Positions 29,040 to 37,452 of a stretch of DNA of 64,000 bases are shown one piece after another (within the stretch, counting starts at the first letter, position 1; each line of letters opens with the position of its first letter). Under the pieces are notes generated by a model. The model made no database searches. It was not told the origin of the DNA and saw nothing but the letters and a program-made list of their open reading frames with translations. Source of the DNA: Candidatus Zambryskibacteria bacterium RIFCSPHIGHO2_01_FULL_46_25 (GTDB lineage Bacteria > Patescibacteriota > Minisyncoccia > Phycocordibacterales > Zambryskibacteraceae); NCBI GenBank assembly GCA_001825155.1, contig MHVH01000006.1, forward strand, positions 4,939-68,938, in the 5' to 3' direction. Position numbers and translations under genes: made by a program.

Positions 29040-29579
29040 CTAACTAAACCAACTCATTATCTTATTGGCTACCTCCTGTAGTGTAAAAGCAATTGCCACG
29101 ACGAAGAGGATTAGAAGACCAAAACCGATCAAAAGAGCAAAAACAAGATCTACTTTGTTTTCCCACTCTTTCTTGGCTTCACGTATCCCCCTAACGATTC
29201 TCTCCTTCTCTTCTTGTGCTTTTCTTTTTTGTTCTTCAGTAGCTTGCCGCTGTTTTTCCTCTATTTCAGCCTTACGTTTCCTCGTCTCCTCCTCTTTTTC
29301 GGCAACTTGTTTCCAGTATTCCTCCGAAATGCTCGAGCGGCACATCGGACAACGCTTCGCGCCCTTTTTAAGGGTAATGAAGTAACACTCGGGGCACTTG
29401 TAATCGCCCGGGTTACTCTGCTTGTAAAGAAGAGTATCCAGTCTTTCTGATACTTCTTCTGTTTGCTCTGACAAGCTGCTTAGAATGCTCTGGCGATCCT
29501 CCTCAGCCTGGTCTCTTACACAAGCGGGGCAAACGCTGCTGTACTCAATGCCGTGTTCACTGCAATGGTATCTACCCAT
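29040..29579 (-). CDS. Hypothetical Zn-finger / coiled-coil protein with C-terminal TM anchor
   Basis: CSEH..CPAC, CPEC..CPMC, charged coiled coil, TM. Confidence 0.7.
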   Translation of the reverse strand: MGRYHCSEHGIEYSSVCPACVRDQAEEDRQSILSSLSEQTEEVSERLDTLLYKQSNPGDYKCPECYFITLKKGAKRCPMCRSSISEEYWKQVAEKEEETRKRKAEIEEKQRQATEEQKRKAQEEKERIVRGIREAKKEWENKVDLVFALLIGFGLLILFVVAIAFTLQEVANKIMSWFS

Positions 29580-29693
29580 AACCACTCCCTGTTTGTTAAA
29601 GGGCCGAACGAGTTCACTCTATGGATATAATAACACTCATTTTCCATATGTCAATATTTATAAATAAATAAAAAATTTAATTTATTGTGATTC

Positions 29694-31937
29694 TTATTTT
29701 TTCTCTTCCTCTCCACCCTCAGCCTTCTCTTCTTTTGGCTTTTCTTCTCCGCCACCTTCCGCTTTTTCTTTTTCTTTTGCCTCTGCTACTGCTAGTTCTG
29801 CTATTTTTTCTGCGTTAGATTTTCCTTTAGCAGCCGCTCTTATCGCTGCCGCCCTATCCTTGCCACCAATTACATAACCAGAGCCCTTAATGGCGTAGTT
29901 AATAATTTTTTTGGTAAACGGTATTTTCGCGGCAACCCTAAGCGTAGGATTGCGTTTCTCAGAAGTTACTGCCATATTTTCCATTGATTTTTCAAGGGAC
30001 TGTCTTTGTGCCGCATTAGTATCGCGTCTCGCTCTGGTTTCGGCCACGGTAGGTTCAGAAGAATTTTCTGCGTACTCTTTTCTTTTCTTAGCCAATTCTT
30101 TCTCGTGCTCATCTACTTTTTCTTGAGTGAGTTTAATTCGCGCGGCGTGCGCGGTTGCTGCAGCATCATCCATGCCTTTTGTTGTTGTTCCTCTTAATGT
30201 CTTGAGATAATCTTCGTCCTCAGTATGTTCATTAGATTTTGTAATTGCTTTTTCAGCCAAGACATCTAATTTCTTCTGATTTTCAGCTTCATATCCCTTG
30301 TACTTATCGATTTCTTTTTTGTCTGGTTTATACTTCTCAAATTTCTTAGCCAAATCTTTTTGATCTTGGACCCAACCACCCTTTTGAGCCTTACCTGATC
30401 CCATAATTCCTCCTAAGCCTGTGGCACGCATATCAAAACTTGACTTCGCCACCTTGCCAGCGGTAGCGAGTTTAAGTCTCGCCCCCATATCTCCCTGTCT
30501 GGCTCGAGCTTTTAGATCCTCATCATTTAATGCGTTTCCACCCCAACTGCCGATGGTTTTTCTTCCAGTCCAACCAGCCACACCAAGCGTGGCTTTACCA
30601 GCCGCACCCGTCGCCCAGCTGGTGAGTTTGCCCACCTGTGGCCCGGCCTTGTTGGCCCATTCTTTGGCGATGACAAGAGAAATGATGATAAACGCTATTA
30701 CAATTGCAAAATTTATGAATGTGGCAACGATTCCTTCCGAGGCGCCGGAGACTGCCTGGTTACTAGCCACGGAACCTAAATTTCCGATTGCGGAAAAATC
30801 AGCAGCTTTCCCGAACACCGCCTTTTCAGCACCCATAATGCCCGCCAATATTTTGAGACTAATCCAAGTAAGGGCAAAATAGATGGGGGCAAAAAATGCC
30901 TGACCGGAAAGTGCTTTCCACCACTGGTCCCTATACTGATTCATCTCCGGCAGGACGAAGGATAGAAAGGCAATCGGAGAAAGGATGAGGACAATTATTA
31001 GAACAACGTACCGAATAATGAACATTAGGGCAACAGCGAAGAAGACGAACGCCGAGATGAGAAGCAAGATAGAACCCATTATGCCCATAGTGATTATTTC
31101 GCTCATGCTCAAATTTAAACCATTGGTTGATGAGCCGAAGAGAGAAGTCAGTTTAAGATATTGTGTAAACGCATGAGAAAGACCTGTTTCTGAAATTGAG
31201 AAGCCTGTAGCGGCAGCCCCTGGCACGATCGCATCATAAAATGCCAAAGCCAAAACATTTGAAATATCAATAATTACTTTTGTGAAGAAGAGACTGAAAT
31301 TAATGAGTATCGCCACTACTACAATTTTTACGATGAGCTCCTTATTGTTTTTTCCAGTTCCAAGTATTGTCGTTATAGCAGCATAAAGTAGGACGAAGAT
31401 AAAGCCCATATTCCCCAAGTCGCGAATTGTTTTCCAGGCAACGTTTATTCCTTCGATTTTGTCATAGTTTTCTTTAACGTTTACGATTGTATGATAAATA
31501 ACGCCATTCAGAATGATGCCAGCCAAGCCTGTTAGCAAGCTGACGAATCCTAGAACAACATTCACAATCCAACCGAAGAACGGTTTGAAAACTTTTTCTA
31601 CCCACCAGCCAGGATCGTCGGAAGTTGATGGAGCATTACTTACCTTGTTTTCATCGTTTGGAAACCACGCAGCAATTGTGCCATCTTGTTTCGCAAGGGC
31701 AACGCACGCTGGTTTCGTTATATTTTGCTGAACTTTACTTCCCCAAATACATTTCCCAATTTTTTCTTGCGGAGCTGGCACTTGTTCCCCTGGCAATGTA
31801 TCCCCTGGGATGCCCGGGGTTGTCGGTATACTTGGAATTTGTGCCGCAACTTCTTGAGGGGAAACAATTCCGCTTACCGCAAACACAAAACTTAGCGTAA
31901 GTAGGAAGGCTGTTAGTTTTTTGAAATAGCGGTTCAT
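29694..31937 (-). CDS. VirB6/TrbL-like polytopic T4SS membrane protein
   Basis: W..IRD.GN..F, LINFSLF....IID.SN, R.V.L..L.ILSPIAF, charged C-tail. Confidence 0.8.
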   Translation of the reverse strand: MNRYFKKLTAFLLTLSFVFAVSGIVSPQEVAAQIPSIPTTPGIPGDTLPGEQVPAPQEKIGKCIWGSKVQQNITKPACVALAKQDGTIAAWFPNDENKVSNAPSTSDDPGWWVEKVFKPFFGWIVNVVLGFVSLLTGLAGIILNGVIYHTIVNVKENYDKIEGINVAWKTIRDLGNMGFIFVLLYAAITTILGTGKNNKELIVKIVVVAILINFSLFFTKVIIDISNVLALAFYDAIVPGAAATGFSISETGLSHAFTQYLKLTSLFGSSTNGLNLSMSEIITMGIMGSILLLISAFVFFAVALMFIIRYVVLIIVLILSPIAFLSFVLPEMNQYRDQWWKALSGQAFFAPIYFALTWISLKILAGIMGAEKAVFGKAADFSAIGNLGSVASNQAVSGASEGIVATFINFAIVIAFIIISLVIAKEWANKAGPQVGKLTSWATGAAGKATLGVAGWTGRKTIGSWGGNALNDEDLKARARQGDMGARLKLATAGKVAKSSFDMRATGLGGIMGSGKAQKGGWVQDQKDLAKKFEKYKPDKKEIDKYKGYEAENQKKLDVLAEKAITKSNEHTEDEDYLKTLRGTTTKGMDDAAATAHAARIKLTQEKVDEHEKELAKKRKEYAENSSEPTVAETRARRDTNAAQRQSLEKSMENMAVTSEKRNPTLRVAAKIPFTKKIINYAIKGSGYVIGGKDRAAAIRAAAKGKSNAEKIAELAVAEAKEKEKAEGGGEEKPKEEKAEGGEEEKK

Positions 31938-31940
31938 TTT

Positions 31941-34685
31941 TTAAAATTGATTTCTGGCCGCGTTTTCCGGCACTTTCTCCACCTTAAGCAAGCCCTTGTT
32001 GGTGTGGTGCGCGATGACGAAGTTCGTGCCGTCGAAGACCACGTCCACAGTTACAGAGCCGGAGTCAGGATTCCCCGTGTCGAGGACGATGGCACTTCTG
32101 CTGTTCCACGGTCTTAGGATAACGTATGATTTATTCGTCGAATTGCTTTCCACGGATGTGGCAATCCACGGAGCGCCTCTAACCATGAAGATGTCCGGTT
32201 TTCCCTCGAAGCTGAATGTTCCAATTTTTTTGTTCGTGTCGTTTCCATACGGGTCAACGCCCCGCACGCTTGACCCTCCCGCGTAGAGAATGTATCCGCC
32301 GTTTATGTATGTTTCATTGAACGCTATTTGAGCATCGATTACTTTGCTCAAGGTCGAGCCGTCCCAGACGCATAGGTCCGGGTTGTTGCTTCCGTCGCAG
32401 GCGTGCACTAGCGTATTCCCACCGATCGACAATGCTCCGCCCGGGCTGTTTGCCGCCAGGACGACATTGTCTTTCGTGATTCTTCCGGGATTGCTCGCCA
32501 GATAAGAGGCCCAGTGCCCATCTTTGGCGGCAAAAATTGTTGCGCGGACCAGACTTTTATCGTCATTGGTAATTCTTGGCACCCATTCCCCTACCTTTAC
32601 TTCGTATCTGGCCATTATGCCGTTGTCGACCAATTCGCAAACAAAGGTAAGTGTCGTAGCCGTTATCCATTCTCCAGCCCGGCATCCGGCTCCGGTAGTA
32701 ATTCCCGAGCCAGCCGGATTAGATAAATCCCAAGTCTGATTGGCCTGCAGGTCGGTCACCCAGTTTCCCCCGAAATTGCCGTAAGTTACATATCTTCCGT
32801 CAGGAGACAATTTTCCCCACCAGCCATTGTTGGTCTGCGGACTCCAGGTGCTTATGGGGTTCGCTGTAGTGATGCTTCCTACGCCACCGGAGCTGTTTAC
32901 AAGAATTAATATGCCATTCGACCAGATTTGATTGCCTTGGTAAATTTTAACCGTTGCGTTGCCTTGTGGTAAGTCGGCCGGTACAAGGACTGTTGTCTGC
33001 GTTTTGGCGGAATTGACCGTGCCGACTACGGTATTTCTCGCGCCGGCATTATCATAGAACGAAACTTGGTTCGTGAGATTGCTGCCGTTTATTGTAAGAG
33101 TGGTAACGCCTGCTTGCGCTGTTACCGGGTTAATAGATGTAATAACGGTATTGCTACCGGGAGTTGGATTAGGGTTAGGCCCCGGAGTGGGCGGTTCAGT
33201 ACCGCCTGAACTACATCCACAGTTCGTACCTCCGCCGGATGCCGTACAGTTGAGCGGAATGAATCCGGTGAAGTCGGTGGTAGCCGCCGCGCCTATGGTA
33301 GAAGCACTGCCAATAATTGCGTCATAGCGCTCCATCTTGCCGTCCCCGCTTCTCCAAACGGCAATCAGGTCGCCGGTATTGGGATTATTGTTGCCGTTCA
33401 GCACTTCGTCGGTGGCTTCGTAGCCCATGGAAATAAGTTTTGTTTCAACAAGCGCAAGGAAGGTTCTGGCGTTCTGCCTGCCGCCGGATTCTATGTTTGG
33501 CAGATTTGCCACATCGGGATTCTCCGAAAGAACCGCATTCATTGCGTTACGCAATTCTCCGGCGTACTGGTTCCCGGTCGCGTCGCACGTTCCTCCGCCC
33601 CCGCCTGGTTGTTCAAAGTTTGTTGAGCCCAAGCATGGCGGGCCTACCGTATCGTTCTCGCCACCGTAGAGGCAGATATCAGGCTCTCCGTCTCCGTCAG
33701 TATCCGTGCCGTCGATAATACCATCGCCGTCTATGTCAATCGGCAAGGCTCTTCTGGGGGGCTGCCCTGTCTCGCTTGAGCCTCCTCCTTCACCAGCCAA
33801 CCCTTTGCCACCGCTGAGAACTTTTTGAATTAATTGGGTTACCAGAGCGCCGACTATTTCATCGAATTCGTCTGCCAACTCAAGCTGTCTGATGCCTGTG
33901 CCGAGTACGTTTGCCATCTGGCTCTCGATAAGAGTGCCGGGGGTGGAAATTTTTTGTTCACCGGGGCCAGTGAGGTTTTTGTTGTAACAAACTTTCGTAG
34001 GCTTGCCTGTCCCAGGTTCGATACCATCCATCTCGACGCCATCGCATGTTTTCCAGGAGAGAATGCCTTTTCCCCAATCTAGTTCTTGATTTTTTAGTCC
34101 GATCGCGCTTGCGATACGGCTATCCATATCAACTCTTGCTTTCAGGTACGCTCCGTAAGGATTGTTTGTCGGGTTTTGCGTCATCGAGAACCACGCGTCC
34201 CATCCGCCCTGCGAGAAATCGTCGAAGAATCCCTCAATATTATCGGTTACCTCGCTCAAGGTACATTGATAAGGCAGGGGCTCGTAATATTCCTGCATAA
34301 GCGAAAGTCGGATGTTTGCCTGGAACGGTGAACAGAGTAAGTTAAGGTCACTGCTCATGATGAACTCCCCCGCCATTCCGTCGGCTATGTCCGTGAAGTA
34401 TTGTTTCGGGTTGTTCACATAAGCCGGATTGCCGTCGAAGCCACTGTTAATCCACTTGACGGTGGAGTTGACCAGTTTGTCTATCATGTGCTTTGCCACC
34501 ACCAGCGCTATTGAGTCCCAGCTTAAGCCGGGGACCGTATAGCCGAAAATGGTAATGCCGACCTCCTTCTGTCTTAAGGCGCTGTCGCTTACCGGCACCG
34601 AGGTTTGGGCCAATGCTATTGGAGCGAAGGATAGAAAGGATATCGAGAGAGCAAGAGTAAGAGCTGTAATTTTTTTATAACTCAT
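31941..34685 (-). CDS. Large secreted multidomain protein (N-terminal domain, DxDxDG repeats, IPT/TIG-like, C-terminal propeller)
   Basis: Signal peptide; DIDGDG/DTDGDG; ITSINP...LTINGSNL; LSPDGRYV. Confidence 0.7.
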   Translation of the reverse strand: MSYKKITALTLALSISFLSFAPIALAQTSVPVSDSALRQKEVGITIFGYTVPGLSWDSIALVVAKHMIDKLVNSTVKWINSGFDGNPAYVNNPKQYFTDIADGMAGEFIMSSDLNLLCSPFQANIRLSLMQEYYEPLPYQCTLSEVTDNIEGFFDDFSQGGWDAWFSMTQNPTNNPYGAYLKARVDMDSRIASAIGLKNQELDWGKGILSWKTCDGVEMDGIEPGTGKPTKVCYNKNLTGPGEQKISTPGTLIESQMANVLGTGIRQLELADEFDEIVGALVTQLIQKVLSGGKGLAGEGGGSSETGQPPRRALPIDIDGDGIIDGTDTDGDGEPDICLYGGENDTVGPPCLGSTNFEQPGGGGGTCDATGNQYAGELRNAMNAVLSENPDVANLPNIESGGRQNARTFLALVETKLISMGYEATDEVLNGNNNPNTGDLIAVWRSGDGKMERYDAIIGSASTIGAAATTDFTGFIPLNCTASGGGTNCGCSSGGTEPPTPGPNPNPTPGSNTVITSINPVTAQAGVTTLTINGSNLTNQVSFYDNAGARNTVVGTVNSAKTQTTVLVPADLPQGNATVKIYQGNQIWSNGILILVNSSGGVGSITTANPISTWSPQTNNGWWGKLSPDGRYVTYGNFGGNWVTDLQANQTWDLSNPAGSGITTGAGCRAGEWITATTLTFVCELVDNGIMARYEVKVGEWVPRITNDDKSLVRATIFAAKDGHWASYLASNPGRITKDNVVLAANSPGGALSIGGNTLVHACDGSNNPDLCVWDGSTLSKVIDAQIAFNETYINGGYILYAGGSSVRGVDPYGNDTNKKIGTFSFEGKPDIFMVRGAPWIATSVESNSTNKSYVILRPWNSRSAIVLDTGNPDSGSVTVDVVFDGTNFVIAHHTNKGLLKVEKVPENAARNQF

Positions 34686-35455
34686 TGATTGGGGTTGCTC
34701 GACCAAATTATACCATTGGTTGACATGGCAATTTGGACATTTAAGAACAATTCGTCTTCCTTTTTTGTATTCTGGACTTGCGTTTGAATTGCGGCATAGA
34801 TTTTTACCGGGTCGTCGGAAGATTCCGCAATTGTTTTCATAGCTTCGGCGCTCTGGAAATAGTTGTTGATAATCTCCAGGTGATTTTTGGCAAGCAATGC
34901 TGGCACTTTTATTTTCAGGAGCTCATTTGCCGAGTTAAGATACAAATCCCCGGCTTGCGAGATGAAATCATCAAAGTCTCCTTGGCTTAGATCCCCCGCA
35001 TTCTCGCTCTCTTCTTTGGCTGCCGAAGCATATTTACTGCGCAGGGCAATCATAGCCTTGCCATAATTAAAAATATTTTCCGCCGAGTCGGGAATGATTA
35101 TAAGTTCTTCGATAGCGGCAATCTTTGAGGTTCCGGGTTCTATATTCAAGATGCCGTCTGCGTATCTTTCTGCCAGGTAATCAAGGTTTTCAAGAGAAGT
35201 CTCGCCTCTTGACTTCAGATTGGCGTAATCGGCAAAAAGCTGTCTCGATAAAATGTCCGTAGTCGAGAGTGGGGTGCTACTTGAGGTGTTTAAATTGGTG
35301 TTCAAAAAAGCTTCTTCGCGCGTTGTTGCGGCGCTTTCAGGATTTAGAACGGCAACAATGTTTCCCGTCGGCTTATTGTCGGGAAGTCTGGACCAAAGTG
35401 CCGTCCCGACCATAATTAAAGAGACAATAAGAGCGGATAATATTTTAGCCCTCAT
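34682..35455 (-). CDS. Membrane-anchored helical hypothetical protein, first gene of the minus-strand cluster
   Basis: N-terminal TM; 4-bp overlap with the next gene. Confidence 0.7.
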   Translation of the reverse strand: MRAKILSALIVSLIMVGTALWSRLPDNKPTGNIVAVLNPESAATTREEAFLNTNLNTSSSTPLSTTDILSRQLFADYANLKSRGETSLENLDYLAERYADGILNIEPGTSKIAAIEELIIIPDSAENIFNYGKAMIALRSKYASAAKEESENAGDLSQGDFDDFISQAGDLYLNSANELLKIKVPALLAKNHLEIINNYFQSAEAMKTIAESSDDPVKIYAAIQTQVQNTKKEDELFLNVQIAMSTNGIIWSSNPNQ

Positions 35456-35506
35456 AATCATTAATTGTATCAGATAAATACGTGGTTTATTGTGTATAAT
35501 GAGGAT

Positions 35507-35878
35507 ATGAAAACCGCCTTGTTATCCGTTCTGCTCTCCTTTGCCATGTTATTCCCTGTTTCTTACGCAAAGGCACAAATAATGCCATTTGGCGGACTTT
35601 CTACTTTCTTCGTTCCATGCACTTGTTCGGGCAACCTAGCTATATGGTTTGCCCCATTTTTCCTCGGCGGACCAGCAATTGCGACTGGGTTCATCACTTA
35701 TTCGCCATATGCTACTTTCCAATACTCCGATTACATGGCTGGGATGCCTGATGTGTGGTATCTTGGGTCTTATATACCTGGAGTACAAGCTTGTTATATA
35801 TATGTGGGAGTGACTTGCACGTTATTTCCCACAATTGGGCTCATGACACAAGTTGGAACGGGTTTACCGGGGATATAA
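35507..35878 (+). CDS. Small secreted Cys-containing protein
   Basis: Signal peptide, PFGG..CTC, LGSY.PG...C......C; TATAAT just upstream. Confidence 0.7.
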   Translation: MKTALLSVLLSFAMLFPVSYAKAQIMPFGGLSTFFVPCTCSGNLAIWFAPFFLGGPAIATGFITYSPYATFQYSDYMAGMPDVWYLGSYIPGVQACYIYVGVTCTLFPTIGLMTQVGTGLPGI

Positions 35879-36721
35879 TCAGCTGACGAGAAGTCTCGCC
35901 AGGGCTCCCCATTTTTCGGCTGGAAGGTCTTCAGCTCTCAAGTTTGGGTCCAAGTTGAGTTTTCCGAAAGCTTCATTCACCTTTTTCTTGTCAAAGTGCT
36001 TGGAAAGATTCGATGAGAGCTTCTTTCTCTTGGATTGGAAGCCTGCTTTGAGCAATTTGAAGAAAAATTCTTCCGAAATTGTGGACGCTCGGCTTCCACG
36101 ATTGAAGAAATTCCTAGAAATGTCCTCGACTGTGATGATTGCCGAATCCACCTTCGGCGCAGGAGCAAATGAGCCCGCCTTGACTGTTTCCACATACCGC
36201 GGTCTCCCGTAAACCTTGACCGAAATCGACAAAATACTCTCTTTCGTGAACGCCTGGCGTCCACGCCCACCCACTATTCTTTCTGCCACCTCTTTTTGAA
36301 CCAGAAGCACCATGCGCTTGGGCTGACACTCAGCGGACAAAAACTTTTTCAGAATCGCGCCGGTTATGTTGTAAGGAATGTTGGCGACAACTTTGTAATT
36401 TTCTTGCCTGCCGGCAGGCAGGGCAATTTTCAATTTAAAATTTTCAATTTCGAAATTCAGGATGTCATCATGAATCAGAATTAATTTCCCAGAATTTATC
36501 TCGTTTTGAAATTTGATTTTTAAATTTTCATATAAATTATCATCTTTCTCTACCGCGACAACTTTCGCACCGGTTTCCAAAAGTTTTTCAGTTAGTGCTC
36601 CCGTGCCGGGACCAATTTCTAAGACTGTGTCGCCGGAATTCAATCTTCCTGCCTCGACAATCGCGGCAAGAGCGCGTTCGGATTTTAAAAAATGCTGACC
36701 CAGAGATTTTTTCGCTCTCAT
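35879..36721 (-). CDS. rsmA: 16S rRNA dimethyladenosine transferase KsgA/RsmA
   Basis: KKSLGQHFL, LEIGPGTG, ANIPYNIT, QKEVAERI, P.PKVDS. Confidence 0.96.
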   Translation of the reverse strand: MRAKKSLGQHFLKSERALAAIVEAGRLNSGDTVLEIGPGTGALTEKLLETGAKVVAVEKDDNLYENLKIKFQNEINSGKLILIHDDILNFEIENFKLKIALPAGRQENYKVVANIPYNITGAILKKFLSAECQPKRMVLLVQKEVAERIVGGRGRQAFTKESILSISVKVYGRPRYVETVKAGSFAPAPKVDSAIITVEDISRNFFNRGSRASTISEEFFFKLLKAGFQSKRKKLSSNLSKHFDKKKVNEAFGKLNLDPNLRAEDLPAEKWGALARLLVS

Positions 36722-37433
36722 TTGATGTTTACCAATTAAATCCCCGTTTCTTCCAACTCTTCCAATAAAATTTTTCTTTCAATAATACCCCGCAAACTCT
36801 CTTCAGCAAATTTTTTATACTCCGCTCTATTTTTAAACTGCTCCAAAATCCTTTCTTTAGCGCAAATCGGTTCGGGGAAATTTTTATTCATATACTCTTC
36901 CCAGCTTGTTTGACAAATTGTGGACGCTCGGCTTCCACGACTATGAGCTAGGTGATTTAAATTTATATATGCGCTCAAATGAAGCAAATATTCATTTGTG
37001 TCTATAAGTTTTGCCTTAAATTTCCCCTGGAATAAAGAACCGGATCTTTTATATTTCGCGTTGAAATACTTACTAAATCCGGTGCCTAAGCGATGCATAA
37101 ACTTTTCAATCCCCTTTTCTGATACTTGTTCAAGCATAAAATGAAAGTGATTCGGATTGATGCCGTAAACAGTGAACTTTACCAAGGGTTTTCCCTCAGT
37201 TGTGGAAGCTCGGCTTCCACGTTTGCGTTCCCTATTCTCGTAGATGCTTCCTATGGGCTTTATCGTGTTGAACTCTCTCATACTTTTTATGAATCGTTCT
37301 AAATCCTTATGTTCCAAAAGAATTTTTCTTCCGTCAACTCCACGGTTGTAAATGTGGTAATACTCTTTTTCTACAAATGGGATATCACGCATTCATAATA
37401 TCTTAACACAATTGTGGAAGCTCGGCTTCCACA
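36076..37433. repeat. REP-like hairpin GTGGA(A/C)GC-TCG-GCTTCCAC, four copies (36081, 36920, 37202, 37414) plus a variant at 36245
   Basis: 26-bp identity between 36076-36101 and 36915-36940; 8-9 bp stem with 3-nt loop. Confidence 0.9.
36736..37392 (-). mobile_element. REP-associated tyrosine (HUH/Y1) transposase, RAYT-like
   Basis: YYHIYNRG, NPNHFH (HUH), YFN.KY.RSG.LFQG.F, YINLN. Confidence 0.9.
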
Positions 37434-37452
37434 GGACCTGCACACACAGAAA

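Noticed and set aside
36736-37392. IS200/IS605 insertion sequence
   Set aside because: No tnpB; length and motifs fit RAYT-type proteins, and the hairpins are dispersed rather than at two element ends.
36076-37433. CRISPR array from the GTGGAAGC..GCTTCCAC repeats
   Set aside because: Spacing is irregular (hundreds of bp), copies lie inside ORFs, and there are no cas genes.
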